NCBI GenBank assembly: GCA_033763315.1
Contig: JANRKS010000008.1
Span: 32,001-96,000, forward strand
Source of the DNA: Deltaproteobacteria bacterium
GTDB taxonomy: Bacteria; Myxococcota_A; Polyangia; Fen-1088
Direction of reading: 5' to 3'
Length of the DNA stretch: 64,000 bases
Shown here: in pieces, positions 39,465-48,510 of the stretch
How the letters are laid out: every line of letters begins with the position of its first letter
Position numbering within the stretch: position 1 is the stretch's first letter
Position numbers and translations under genes: made by a program
The notes under the pieces: model-generated
Databases searched by the model: none
Seen by the model: the letters and a program-made list of their open reading frames with translations, nothing else
Told to the model about the DNA's origin: nothing

Positions 39465-39540
39465 TTGCACGACGCTACGCATTTGTAACATGACTTTATA
39501 GCTGGTGCCCCTAGCCCATGCACGTTACGCTCTGCCCGCA

Positions 39541-41499
39541 ATGGGTACAGTCCAGCACACAAATGAAGGTGGTGGCGAGGTCGAGACGCTGCGGGAACAG
39601 GTCCTGGAGCTGCAGACCAAACTGGCACGTGCAGAAGCGGCGTTTGTGTTGGTCCACTCGGTGGACGTGATGTTTGAGGGGCTCCAGGTGGTGGGTCGAG
39701 ACTGGCGGTATCTCTATGTGAACGAGACAGCCGCGCGCCACGGGCGCACATCACCCCATCAGCTGCTTGGGCGCACGATGATGGAGGCCTACCCGGGCAT
39801 CGAAAACACGCCACTGTTCGTTACGCTGCGCGAGTGCATGACCGAGGGCGTGTCGCGGAAGCTGGAAAACGAATTTCAGTATCCTGATCTCAGCCAAGGG
39901 TGGTTTGAGCTGCGCATCGAAGCTGTGCCCGAAGGGCTGCTGATCCTTTCGTCTGAAATCACCGAACGCAAACAAGCCGAGCTCGCGTTGCTCCGTAGCC
40001 GCGAAGATCTGGCCACCACGCTTGAGTGCCTGGCCGACGGCGTGATCACAATCGACATTTCGTCGCGTGTTTTGACCATGAACCCTGCCGCCGAGCGACT
40101 GTTGGGCGTCAACCTTGCCGCGGCGGCGGGCAAAGATCTGAAAGATCTCCTGCGCCTTTATGACGCCACCACCAACCAGTCTGTGGATCTGATTTCGCCA
40201 TCAAGCGAACGACGCATTCTTTCGCAAAGCGCGGTTGTGCACGGTCCAGACGACAAGCGCACGCCCGTGTTGGCCAGCCGCGCATCGCTGTGCGATTTTT
40301 CGGGCAAGGTGCGTGGCACCGTGATCGCGCTTCACGACGTGGCCCGCGAGCAAGCGCTGCAGCTGCAACTGCAACATTCGCAGAAGCTTGAGGCCCTCGG
40401 GCGGTTGGCCGGTGGCATCGCACACGATTTCAACAACGCGCTGTCGGTGATCTTAACCTTAAGCCATTTATTGGAGGAAGAAGTGGCACAGACCGCCTCC
40501 GCGCGCCGGGATGTGCGGCAGATAGGGCTATCGGCAGAGCACGCCGCCGGGCTCACCAAGCAGTTGCTCGCGTTCAGCCGGCAGCAGGTGATGAAGCCTG
40601 AGCTTCTGGATGTGAACACGTTGCTGTCATCCATGATCTCGCTGTTCGCGCGTGTGTTGCCCAGCAACATTCAGACGGAGGGGCGGCTGGCACCAAACCT
40701 TCATCGCGTGCGTGTTGACCGAGGCCAGATGGAACAGGTGATCATGAATCTGGCACTCAACGCCGTGGACGCCATGCCCGACGGCGGCCGCCTCACGCTA
40801 TCTACAGCCAACGCCGATCTAGATGACGCGTACGCCGCGGACCACGTGGGCGTGGCACCGGGGCACTATGTGTTGCTTTGCATCTGCGACTCCGGGCAGG
40901 GCATGGATCCACAGACGCAAGCGAAGATCTTCGAGCCGTTCTTCACAACAAAGACCACCGGCAAGGGCACGGGCCTGGGCTTGGCCACGGTTTATGGCAT
41001 CGTGAAACAAAGCGGCGGCAACGTGTGGCTTTACAGCGAACTCGGCAAGGGCACCACCTTCAAGATCTACTTGCCAGGCGACAATGATGAGATCATGCCG
41101 CAACCCGCGCCCGTACCTTTGCAGCGGCGGGGCAACGAAATGATTTTGCTCGTTGAAGATGACGACCTTGTGCGTGCAGCCGCCACCCGCATCTTGACGA
41201 TGACCGGTTATAAAGTGTTGCCTGCGCCCGACGTCGACACGGCGCATGCGCTTTTCAACGTCCACAAAGACGCCATTGATCTGCTTTTGTGTGACGTGTT
41301 TTTGCAGGGCGCCGAAGCCAAAGACGTGGTTCGAGACTTGGTGGCACAGCGGCCCCAGATGCGCGTGGTGTTCATGTCCGGCTACAGCGCAGACACGTTG
41401 GTGCATCAAAAGCGCATGGATCCGAACGTGCGCTACATTGAAAAGCCGTTTACGCCAAAGTCGCTTGCGGCTCAGGTCCGCGATGCACTCGATTCGTAG
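39541..41499 (+). CDS. PAS-PAS hybrid sensor histidine kinase/receiver
   Basis: [12 protein letters not shown]-box; [11 protein letters not shown]-box; FEPFFTTK...GTGLGL; receiver ILLVEDD...LLCD...MSGY...EKPF. Confidence 0.92.
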   Translation: MGTVQHTNEGGGEVETLREQVLELQTKLARAEAAFVLVHSVDVMFEGLQVVGRDWRYLYVNETAARHGRTSPHQLLGRTMMEAYPGIENTPLFVTLRECMTEGVSRKLENEFQYPDLSQGWFELRIEAVPEGLLILSSEITERKQAELALLRSREDLATTLECLADGVITIDISSRVLTMNPAAERLLGVNLAAAAGKDLKDLLRLYDATTNQSVDLISPSSERRILSQSAVVHGPDDKRTPVLASRASLCDFSGKVRGTVIALHDVAREQALQLQLQHSQKLEALGRLAGGIAHDFNNALSVILTLSHLLEEEVAQTASARRDVRQIGLSAEHAAGLTKQLLAFSRQQVMKPELLDVNTLLSSMISLFARVLPSNIQTEGRLAPNLHRVRVDRGQMEQVIMNLALNAVDAMPDGGRLTLSTANADLDDAYAADHVGVAPGHYVLLCICDSGQGMDPQTQAKIFEPFFTTKTTGKGTGLGLATVYGIVKQSGGNVWLYSELGKGTTFKIYLPGDNDEIMPQPAPVPLQRRGNEMILLVEDDDLVRAAATRILTMTGYKVLPAPDVDTAHALFNVHKDAIDLLLCDVFLQGAEAKDVVRDLVAQRPQMRVVFMSGYSADTLVHQKRMDPNVRYIEKPFTPKSLAAQVRDALDS

Positions 41500-42476
41500 G
41501 CTGCCTGTAACCGACGCAAGCCCTCTTCGAACGACACACGAGGCATGTAGCCCAGATCGCGCTTGGCGGCACCGATATCGAACCAATGCGCGGACGTGAG
41601 CTGGCGCGCCACGAAGCGTGTGATCGGCGGCTCGCGATCATAATCGCCACGCAGTTTGAACCATGCCTCGGCTGCGGCCCCGGCGGCGCGAATGGCCAAC
41701 GGTGAGACGGTGGGAAACGGCCCCGGTTGCCCGGCCGCACGCAAAACACGGCAAATCAACTCTGTTTGCGGCAACGGCTCGCCTTGGCTGATGAAGTAAA
41801 CCTTCCCAGCGCAAGCGGCTGTTGGAGACAGCGCGTCCAAAGCCAAAACATGGGCGTCCACCGCGTTGTCGATATACGTGTGGTCAACTTTCTTGGGCGG
41901 ACCACCGGGCAGCTTCAGTTTTCCTGCTTTCGCCAACGCCACCGCGCGCGGCACGAGCTGCGTATCGCCCGGACCCCACATCAGGTGCGGGCGCAACACC
42001 ACAGTCAAGAGGTCCGCCCCGTTGGCCGCCACCACAAGTTGTTCGGCCAACGCTTTGGTGCGCGGGTAATGTGCATCGAACGATGCCGGATACGCGTGTT
42101 GCTCGTTGATGCCTTCGGCGTCGCCGTCACCGTGCGCCACGGAAGGTGAACTTGTGTACACCAGTTTCGCCACACCACGCGCGCGGCTGGCGGCGATGAC
42201 ATTGGTGGTACCTCCCACGTTTGTGCGCTCAAAATCAGAGGCGCGGCCCCAACTACCCACGCGGGCCGCGGTGTGAAAGATGGCGTCTTGACCGGCCGCC
42301 GCAGCGTTCACCACGGCCGCATCGGCGACGTCACCTTGCACCACGCGCACGCCTTGAGCGGCGAGATCGGGCTGGGGGCTGCGGCCCAAGATGGTGACAA
42401 CATCGCCGCGAGCCAACAAGCGATGCACGATCGCCTTGCCCAAAAAGCCGCCGCCGCCGGTTACCAAGATGTTCAT
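41472..42476 (-). CDS. oleD: OleD 2-alkyl-3-oxoalkanoate reductase (extended SDR)
   Basis: ILVTGGGGFLG, YTSSPSV, HYPRTK and RPHLMWGPGD; ATGA overlap with oleC. Confidence 0.9.
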   Translation of the reverse strand: MNILVTGGGGFLGKAIVHRLLARGDVVTILGRSPQPDLAAQGVRVVQGDVADAAVVNAAAAGQDAIFHTAARVGSWGRASDFERTNVGGTTNVIAASRARGVAKLVYTSSPSVAHGDGDAEGINEQHAYPASFDAHYPRTKALAEQLVVAANGADLLTVVLRPHLMWGPGDTQLVPRAVALAKAGKLKLPGGPPKKVDHTYIDNAVDAHVLALDALSPTAACAGKVYFISQGEPLPQTELICRVLRAAGQPGPFPTVSPLAIRAAGAAAEAWFKLRGDYDREPPITRFVARQLTSAHWFDIGAAKRDLGYMPRVSFEEGLRRLQAAYESSASRT

Positions 42477-44152
42477 TGCAACACCCGTTGCGCCCACATA
42501 GCCAAGGCCTCGCGTCCGATCTTCGCGTTGTGACGAATGTCGACAGGGAAACCGGGATGCAACAAAAACTGATTGATGTCGCGCGTGTGCTCGTGAGCGC
42601 GGCCAAGTGTGAGCAGCTCATGCAGAAGCTCAGGCGGCAACGCGTGCTTTGGGGGTAACGCGGCCAGCGTCACCTCAGGATTGAGTTCAACACAAACAAC
42701 GGGCCGCGTTTGCTGCGCGCGCGTGACGCCAACCAGTGCCGTGCGGCGGACCCACGGATGCGCATTGAACACGCCCTCGCATGCCACGCTGAACCACGTG
42801 CGCGCGCCTTGCACCACGCGATGCGATTTTCGCCCGCAGAACCATAGATAACCGTCGTTGTCGAAGTAGCCCACATCGCCCATGCGGTGCCAGAAATCTT
42901 CGCTGTGCGCCACATTGATCTTTGCAAGCGCTGTGGCTTGGGGCCGCGCCCAATAGCTGCGCGTCACCTGCGGTCCGCGCACCGTGATCTCACCCAGCGC
43001 TCCAGGTGGCATCCGCAAATCTTCATGCCATGTGGGCACAGGATCGTCTGAGATCGGTATGATCGCGATTTCGGTGCCGGCAACGGGCTTGCCCACGCAC
43101 ACGCCACCGCCCGACGCTGTGCAATCGCCGCGCGCCAAGATCTCGTGGCTGTCGATGCAGGCCACGGGCAGCGCTTCGGTGGCGCCGTAAGGCGTAACCA
43201 CACGGCCGCCGGGCGCCATCAAGGAAACCATTTGCGCCACAACCTTGGGAGGCACAGGCGCGCCGGCCGATACCACGCGCTTGAGCCTATGCATGGTTTG
43301 TTGGCGCGGCAGAGCCCAGCGCACCAACGCCCCCACCAATGCCGGCGAGGCAAACATGTTTGTTACACCTTCATCGGCCATCGCCTGCACCAGCCACTGC
43401 GGGTTGGCAGCCGCGGGACGCGTGAAATCCATCTGGGGCACCACCGTGGTCATGCCCAGCGCCGGATCGAACAAAGCAAACAGCGGAAACGTGGGCAAAT
43501 CCACTTCGCCTGGATCAACTTGGGCGATGGCCCGCAACGCTTTCACTTGGCCAGCGAAGTTGCCATGCGTGTAGACCGCGCCTTTGGGCACACCCGTGCT
43601 GCCGCTCGTGAACAGGATCGCGGCCACATCATCGGCACGTGTAAGAGCAAGCGCAGGGCCTTTTTCCGAAGCGCCCGCCGCCAGCAGACGTCGCCAGCTC
43701 AAGCCACCCCACAACGCGGGCCCGCCGACCGTCAGCGTCTTCTTGATGGTGGTGCGCCCCCAGCCAAACAGCACGCGGGCGAAATGCGCTTTGGGCGATC
43801 CGATAAAAGCCGCGGGGGCCGCCTCGGCCAAGCATTGCTTGAGGTGCGGCAGCGGCAAGCCAGGATCCACCATCACAGGCACCACGCCTGCCTTCGCCAT
43901 ACCAAACGTCAGCGCGAAGAAGTGCAAGCCCGGGGGCACCATCAGCACAGCGCGCACGCCCTGCCCTACGCCGCACGCACGCAGCCCGCGGGCCACAACG
44001 TCGCTTTGTTCATCAAGCTCGCGATACGTAATTCGCTTGTATTGCACGCGTCCTGTGCGCGCACGCCGCAAGGGCATGCACACGGCGGTGGCGTTTGGTT
44101 GCGCCGCGGCCATGTCGGGCAAACACGCCGCGATGTTCACCACGGAATCCAC
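42473..44152 (-). CDS. oleC: OleC beta-lactone synthetase (AMP-forming ligase)
   Basis: AAILFTSGSTGVPKG, DLPTFPLFALF, TPYGATEALP, HRMGD, WFCGRKSHRV and FPVDIRHNAKI. Confidence 0.93.
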   Translation of the reverse strand: MDSVVNIAACLPDMAAAQPNATAVCMPLRRARTGRVQYKRITYRELDEQSDVVARGLRACGVGQGVRAVLMVPPGLHFFALTFGMAKAGVVPVMVDPGLPLPHLKQCLAEAAPAAFIGSPKAHFARVLFGWGRTTIKKTLTVGGPALWGGLSWRRLLAAGASEKGPALALTRADDVAAILFTSGSTGVPKGAVYTHGNFAGQVKALRAIAQVDPGEVDLPTFPLFALFDPALGMTTVVPQMDFTRPAAANPQWLVQAMADEGVTNMFASPALVGALVRWALPRQQTMHRLKRVVSAGAPVPPKVVAQMVSLMAPGGRVVTPYGATEALPVACIDSHEILARGDCTASGGGVCVGKPVAGTEIAIIPISDDPVPTWHEDLRMPPGALGEITVRGPQVTRSYWARPQATALAKINVAHSEDFWHRMGDVGYFDNDGYLWFCGRKSHRVVQGARTWFSVACEGVFNAHPWVRRTALVGVTRAQQTRPVVCVELNPEVTLAALPPKHALPPELLHELLTLGRAHEHTRDINQFLLHPGFPVDIRHNAKIGREALAMWAQRVLQ

Positions 44153-44158
44153 GTGCGT

Positions 44159-45070
44159 TCACAACGGGTGGCGGGCCAGGAACGTTTGCACCAAAGCGCA
44201 AACCTCAGCCGCTGCGTCTTCCAAGATGTAATGGCCACAGTCAGCGAACGTGTGCACCTCGGCAAGCGGCCAACGCTTGCGCCAGTGCTGCAGAACCTGA
44301 GGCGTGAATACGAAATCCTTCATGCCCCACGCAAACATCGCGGGCGTGTGCGCGAACTGGGGCAGCGCCGCTTCGGTTTGGCTCACCGTTTCGTACGATG
44401 GATCCTGCGCAGTCACAGGGATGTCTTGCACAAACCGCAAGGTGGCGATGCGCGACGCCCACGAATCATAGGGCGCGCAATAGGCTTGCCGAAGCGCGTG
44501 CGTAAGCTTCGGCCGTTTGGCGCCCACGTGCGCGGCGGTTCGTGAAAACGCGTTGAAGCCACGCACCGCCACCGCGCCGAAAGGGGTGTTGCGAATCGCA
44601 CGCAAAGCCAACGGCAGACGCATGTCGCTTGGCAGATGGAACGCGGCCGTATTCATCAACACCAAGCGGCCAATGCGCTCAGGATGCCGGGCGGCCAGAC
44701 CCATGCCGATCATGCCCCCCCAATCGTGCATCACCAACGTGAGCTTGGGCCCTTGCAGAAGATTAAGGTGAAGCAACAGGGCTTCAAGATCGTCGATGCG
44801 GCTCTTGAGCCGGTAGTCGTAGCGAGCGTCGCCGGGCTTATCCGAAAGGCCCATGCCCATGTGATCTGGAACCACGGTGCGATACTGACCTTTGAGCGCA
44901 AGCACCAAATTGCGATAGTAAAACGACCACGTGGGGTTGCCATGCACCATCACAACGGGCTCGCCCTGGCCTTCGTCCACGTAGTGATAGGTCAAGCCCT
45001 GGCGGTCAAGCACATGCGACGCGAAAGGATAAAGCGTGACTGGTACGCTTGCCGGCCGCACGGGCATCAC
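44159..45070 (-). CDS. oleB: OleB beta-lactone decarboxylase (haloalkane dehalogenase-like)
   Basis: HGNPTWSFYYR, HDWGGMIG (Asp nucleophile), RFVQDIP and CGHYILED; lies between oleA and oleC. Confidence 0.92.
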   Translation of the reverse strand: MMPVRPASVPVTLYPFASHVLDRQGLTYHYVDEGQGEPVVMVHGNPTWSFYYRNLVLALKGQYRTVVPDHMGMGLSDKPGDARYDYRLKSRIDDLEALLLHLNLLQGPKLTLVMHDWGGMIGMGLAARHPERIGRLVLMNTAAFHLPSDMRLPLALRAIRNTPFGAVAVRGFNAFSRTAAHVGAKRPKLTHALRQAYCAPYDSWASRIATLRFVQDIPVTAQDPSYETVSQTEAALPQFAHTPAMFAWGMKDFVFTPQVLQHWRKRWPLAEVHTFADCGHYILEDAAAEVCALVQTFLARHPL

Positions 45071-45075
45071 GTTCG

Positions 45076-46095
45076 CTACCACAGCACCAACCCCGCCGTG
45101 CAATTGAGGCCGCTGCCGATGCCAGCCAGAACCACGTGGTCACCAGGCGCAAGCCGTTCAACCTCTTGTGCTTTGCTCAACACCATCGGCACCGACGCTG
45201 GACCCACGTTGCCGATCTCCTGGTAAATCAAGTGTGCCTTGTCTAAACTGACGCCCAACGCGCGCGCCAGCTCTTGCGTGTGCAGCTCACTGACCTGATG
45301 AAGGGCAAACAGATCCACCATGTCAGGCCGTAGCTGAAAATCGCTTTGCATGCGCTGCCAGGTACGCGACGCCAACGACAAGCCGTGTGCCAGCAAGCCG
45401 CGCGTGTCGGTGACGCCCACGTCAACTTGGCCACGACACAATTGGTTGTGTTGCGTCGCCGCCAAACTTGTGGTGCCCACGAACTTATGACCGTGGGGTG
45501 CCACGCGTGCGTTGGCCAACACCATTGCGGCCGCGCCCGAGCCCAACGTCATTGTGGCAAGCTGATCTTTGAGCGTCTGGTGATCGCAAGCGGGTCCGCG
45601 CAACCGCTGCAGGGTGCTTTCCACAACAAACCGGCTGCTTTCGCCATCCACCACCAAGCCGTAATCCACCTGGCCGCGTTCGATCATGTTCGCAACCATG
45701 GTCATACCGTCGAGAAACCCGAGGCATGCGTTGGCAATATCGAAATTGATACACGTCTCAGGCAGACCCAGGTTGGCGTGCACAAAACAGGCGGTGGAAG
45801 GCTCCACCCAGTCACGGCTGACCGACGTGTTGATCATCACGCCCACCTGCGCGGCAGCCACGCCCGCTTCCTGCAGCGCGCGCTTGCCTGCCATCGTTGC
45901 GCCTTCACTTGGCTGCGCACCGGGCTCCCAGAAACGCCGCGCACGCACGCCGGTGAGGCTTTCAATCAGCCGCGCGGGCACGCCAAGACGGGCGTAGGTC
46001 TCGGACAAGGCCCGGTCCAGCTCTTCCGTGGCCACACGGTGGGGCGCGTCCACGTGGGCCACCCCCAAAATGTTAACGCTGTCGAAGCGCATCAA
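45076..46095 (-). CDS. oleA: OleA thiolase-fold head-to-head condensing enzyme
   Basis: EPSTA (catalytic Glu), ANACLG (Cys), LHQVS (His), GNVGPAS and GIGSGLNC. Confidence 0.94.
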   Translation of the reverse strand: MMRFDSVNILGVAHVDAPHRVATEELDRALSETYARLGVPARLIESLTGVRARRFWEPGAQPSEGATMAGKRALQEAGVAAAQVGVMINTSVSRDWVEPSTACFVHANLGLPETCINFDIANACLGFLDGMTMVANMIERGQVDYGLVVDGESSRFVVESTLQRLRGPACDHQTLKDQLATMTLGSGAAAMVLANARVAPHGHKFVGTTSLAATQHNQLCRGQVDVGVTDTRGLLAHGLSLASRTWQRMQSDFQLRPDMVDLFALHQVSELHTQELARALGVSLDKAHLIYQEIGNVGPASVPMVLSKAQEVERLAPGDHVVLAGIGSGLNCTAGLVLW

Positions 46096-46138
46096 TGGGC
46101 GGCGACTTTAGCACCTGGCCGCAAAGAAGTGCCTGCGT

Positions 46139-47074
46139 TTACGCGAAGCTGTCCCAATACCGCAAAAGCTCGCGCTTTTGCCGTTCCAAAGTGAAGGTTT
46201 GGGCCATCTGTACCGCCTGGGCGCGCAGGGGATCAAGCTGGGTGGGGTTTTGCTGCAGTTGATCCAAGGTGCGCGCCAACGCGGCCGCCAAGGCCATCGG
46301 ATCTTCGTCGGGCACCCAAACGCCATTGTCGGGGCGCGCGTATTCGTTGCCGCCCCCACCTGTGAAGCCCACCACGACGGCACCACAGGCCATCGCCTCA
46401 AGCGGAGGCAGGCCGAAACCCTCGCGCAGGCTCGTGGAAAGATAAACGTCGCTTGATTGCAGCAGGGCGGCCGTTTCGCTCTCTGATTTGCCTTCAATTG
46501 GCACCCAGGGCACGCCTGACAGGTCGGGGCGCTCGTGATGCAAAATCCCGCGGGCGATGCGCAGGTTCCATGGACCCTTGCGCGGCATATACGCGATCTG
46601 AAGTTGGCGTTGGCCGGGCGCCGGCGTGAGGCGGTTCAGATCCAGCGCGTACGGCACCACATCCGTGGGCAAACCAAACACGCGTTGGCAAAAGGCCGCG
46701 ATGATGTTGGTGCTCGCCAAGATCCGCTCCACGCCAAAATCGCGATAGTGGGCGTTGTGTTCCAAGATCTCAAACACGTGGTAGTGGTTTTGGCAAAACA
46801 CCACCTTTCGCAACGGCACCTCTCGCAGGGCCGCCAGGGCGGCGCCGAAATCTTCGGGAAACACCAACGTGTCGGTGTCGCGCAGGTCAAAGTTTCCGCT
46901 GGCATCCATCACGGGCGCGCTTGAAGCAAACCACGTGGGCCGAAAACCGGCCTCGAAGTGCACCACCGCCGCCTCCCGGCCCGAGGCCACCAAGGATTCC
47001 ACGTGATGATAGATCGTGCGGATGCCACCCCGCGGCTCCGCCACGGCGGGGCAAAGGTACAAGATGCGGCCCAT
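46139..47074 (-). CDS. GT4-family glycosyltransferase
   Basis: GGIRTIY, IAYMPRK and EGFGLPPLEAMACG; ATG 47074 is the likely start. Confidence 0.85.
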   Translation of the reverse strand: MGRILYLCPAVAEPRGGIRTIYHHVESLVASGREAAVVHFEAGFRPTWFASSAPVMDASGNFDLRDTDTLVFPEDFGAALAALREVPLRKVVFCQNHYHVFEILEHNAHYRDFGVERILASTNIIAAFCQRVFGLPTDVVPYALDLNRLTPAPGQRQLQIAYMPRKGPWNLRIARGILHHERPDLSGVPWVPIEGKSESETAALLQSSDVYLSTSLREGFGLPPLEAMACGAVVVGFTGGGGNEYARPDNGVWVPDEDPMALAAALARTLDQLQQNPTQLDPLRAQAVQMAQTFTLERQKRELLRYWDSFA

Positions 47075-47136
47075 CCGTAAGTGTTGCCGTGCGCTTGCCG
47101 CGCGGTCCAGTTTTACACCGCCGGCACGCTTTCGAT

Positions 47137-47370
47137 TCAAAGAGAAGGTTGTGGCGCGGCGTCTGGAATCGTCGGCGGGGTGTTTCCACGTGGTACCACT
47201 TCCACCATCGCTGCGGAACTTTGCTCTACGTCCGTCCCGCGCATCTGGCTAACGAACACGCCCAGCAGAATGCCCAAAGCCGCCAAAGCCAACAACAAGT
47301 AGGCGATTTTGCGGCCACGGCCTTTGCGGACCCGTTTCAGATCCTCTGCGAGCGAATCATTCTGGTTCAT
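47137..47370 (-). CDS. Small single-pass membrane protein (hypothetical)
   Basis: Basic stretch, then IAYLLLALAALGILLGVFV and a Pro-rich tail; fills the gap between co-oriented genes. Confidence 0.55.
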   Translation of the reverse strand: MNQNDSLAEDLKRVRKGRGRKIAYLLLALAALGILLGVFVSQMRGTDVEQSSAAMVEVVPRGNTPPTIPDAAPQPSL

Positions 47371-47417
47371 CAGCGTGAGTGTCTGCAATGCACGCGCCAA
47401 AGCGGGAGCAACCCCCG

Positions 47418-47876
47418 CTATTCGGATCCGACCTTAATGTCGAAATGCATGACGTCCTCACGCACGCCCAACTTCGTGTAAAGCGCGACCGCAGGTTCGT
47501 CGCCGTAGTCAGCCTGCACATAGACCACCCAACCGCCACGCTCGGCCGCGACGGCGCGGATCTCGTTGATGAGGGCCGTCGCCACGCCCTGACGACGGAA
47601 ACGTTCATCTACCGCCAAATCATAGATGTAAAACTCGCTGCGCTCTTGTTCAAGCTTTTGCAGTTCGTAGCCCACCAGTGCGCCGACGACTTCGCTACCC
47701 ACAACCGCCGCCAAGACGACGCATTCTGGCTTGCCCAAGAGGCGCGTTAAGTACGCATCGCTTGGCGGCTTGGCGGCATAGTGATCGTGGTCATCGAACA
47801 CCTTGGCGAACAAGGCATTCACGGCGCGCATCACGGCAACATCTTCGGGGCCTAAGCGGCACACACGGGCTGGCAT
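47418..47876 (-). CDS. AAC(3)-I-like aminoglycoside N-acetyltransferase (GNAT)
   Basis: EQERSEFYIYDLAVDERFRRQGVATALI...VYVQADYGDEPAVALYTKLGVREDVMHFDI closely matches the AAC(3)-I C-terminal signature. Confidence 0.85.
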   Translation of the reverse strand: MPARVCRLGPEDVAVMRAVNALFAKVFDDHDHYAAKPPSDAYLTRLLGKPECVVLAAVVGSEVVGALVGYELQKLEQERSEFYIYDLAVDERFRRQGVATALINEIRAVAAERGGWVVYVQADYGDEPAVALYTKLGVREDVMHFDIKVGSE

Positions 47877-47898
47877 CCCTCAACTTTGCCCGAAGTTT

Positions 47899-48510
47899 TC
47901 AAAACAACAATACACTTACATCCAAGCCGAACCGCCACGTGGACCGCGTATCACCCACGATCATTTCGTAGCGGCCGAAAGGTTCCAGCACCACGCGTCC
48001 ATCGCCAAACGGAACGCCCAATGCGACATGACCATAAGCGCGTGGCAGAACCTCGCTGTGCCCTTGCGAGCCTTGCACGCTTGAGACGGGTGCCTGTGTT
48101 TTCAACGCCACGTGGCGTGCCACCGCGCCCACACCCAAGGCAATTACAGGGATGACGGGGCCGTCCCGCAAAAGACCGATCTCCAGTGCCGGACGCACGT
48201 CGCGCTCCTGAAGTTGAACGGCGGTTGGCATATCCGCCTGTGCCAGTCCGGAAAAACCAAGCCGCGCGCCCACCCGCACGTGATAACGCTCATGCGACGT
48301 GGGTATGTAATAGAAACCCAGCAATTCCGGCGCGAAATTCATGCGGCTGCCTTCGCCATAATCGTTGCGGGCCTCCCACATAGGAGCCGCGCCCAGCGCC
48401 AGGTGGTTGTGAAGTGGGTCTTGCCCGCGCGCGGCGGCCGGCGCAAGCAGCGCCACGGCAACGACGGCGCCTTGGATGACGCTTGCAAGGCTCACATTGC
48501 CGTTGCGCAT
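47899..48510 (-). CDS. Putative small outer-membrane beta-barrel protein
   Basis: GAGGA RBS, signal peptide, amphipathic strands and a terminal WRFGLDVSVLLF. Confidence 0.6.
   Translation of the reverse strand: MRNGNVSLASVIQGAVVAVALLAPAAARGQDPLHNHLALGAAPMWEARNDYGEGSRMNFAPELLGFYYIPTSHERYHVRVGARLGFSGLAQADMPTAVQLQERDVRPALEIGLLRDGPVIPVIALGVGAVARHVALKTQAPVSSVQGSQGHSEVLPRAYGHVALGVPFGDGRVVLEPFGRYEMIVGDTRSTWRFGLDVSVLLF

Noticed and set aside
43145-44545. Long antisense ORFs (e.g. 43145..44545, 31577..32836, 20929..21954, 5783..6718)
   Set aside because: These are shadow frames of well-supported genes in GC-rich DNA, with no recognisable motifs.
44159-45070. Haloalkane dehalogenase paired with the haloperoxidase as a halogen cycle
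   Set aside because: Its position between oleA and oleC identifies it as OleB, whose dehalogenase-like fold is expected.
47380-47900. Integron cassette around the aac(3)-I-like gene
   Set aside because: No GTTRRRY/RYYYAAC pair forming an attC site, and no integrase in the window.
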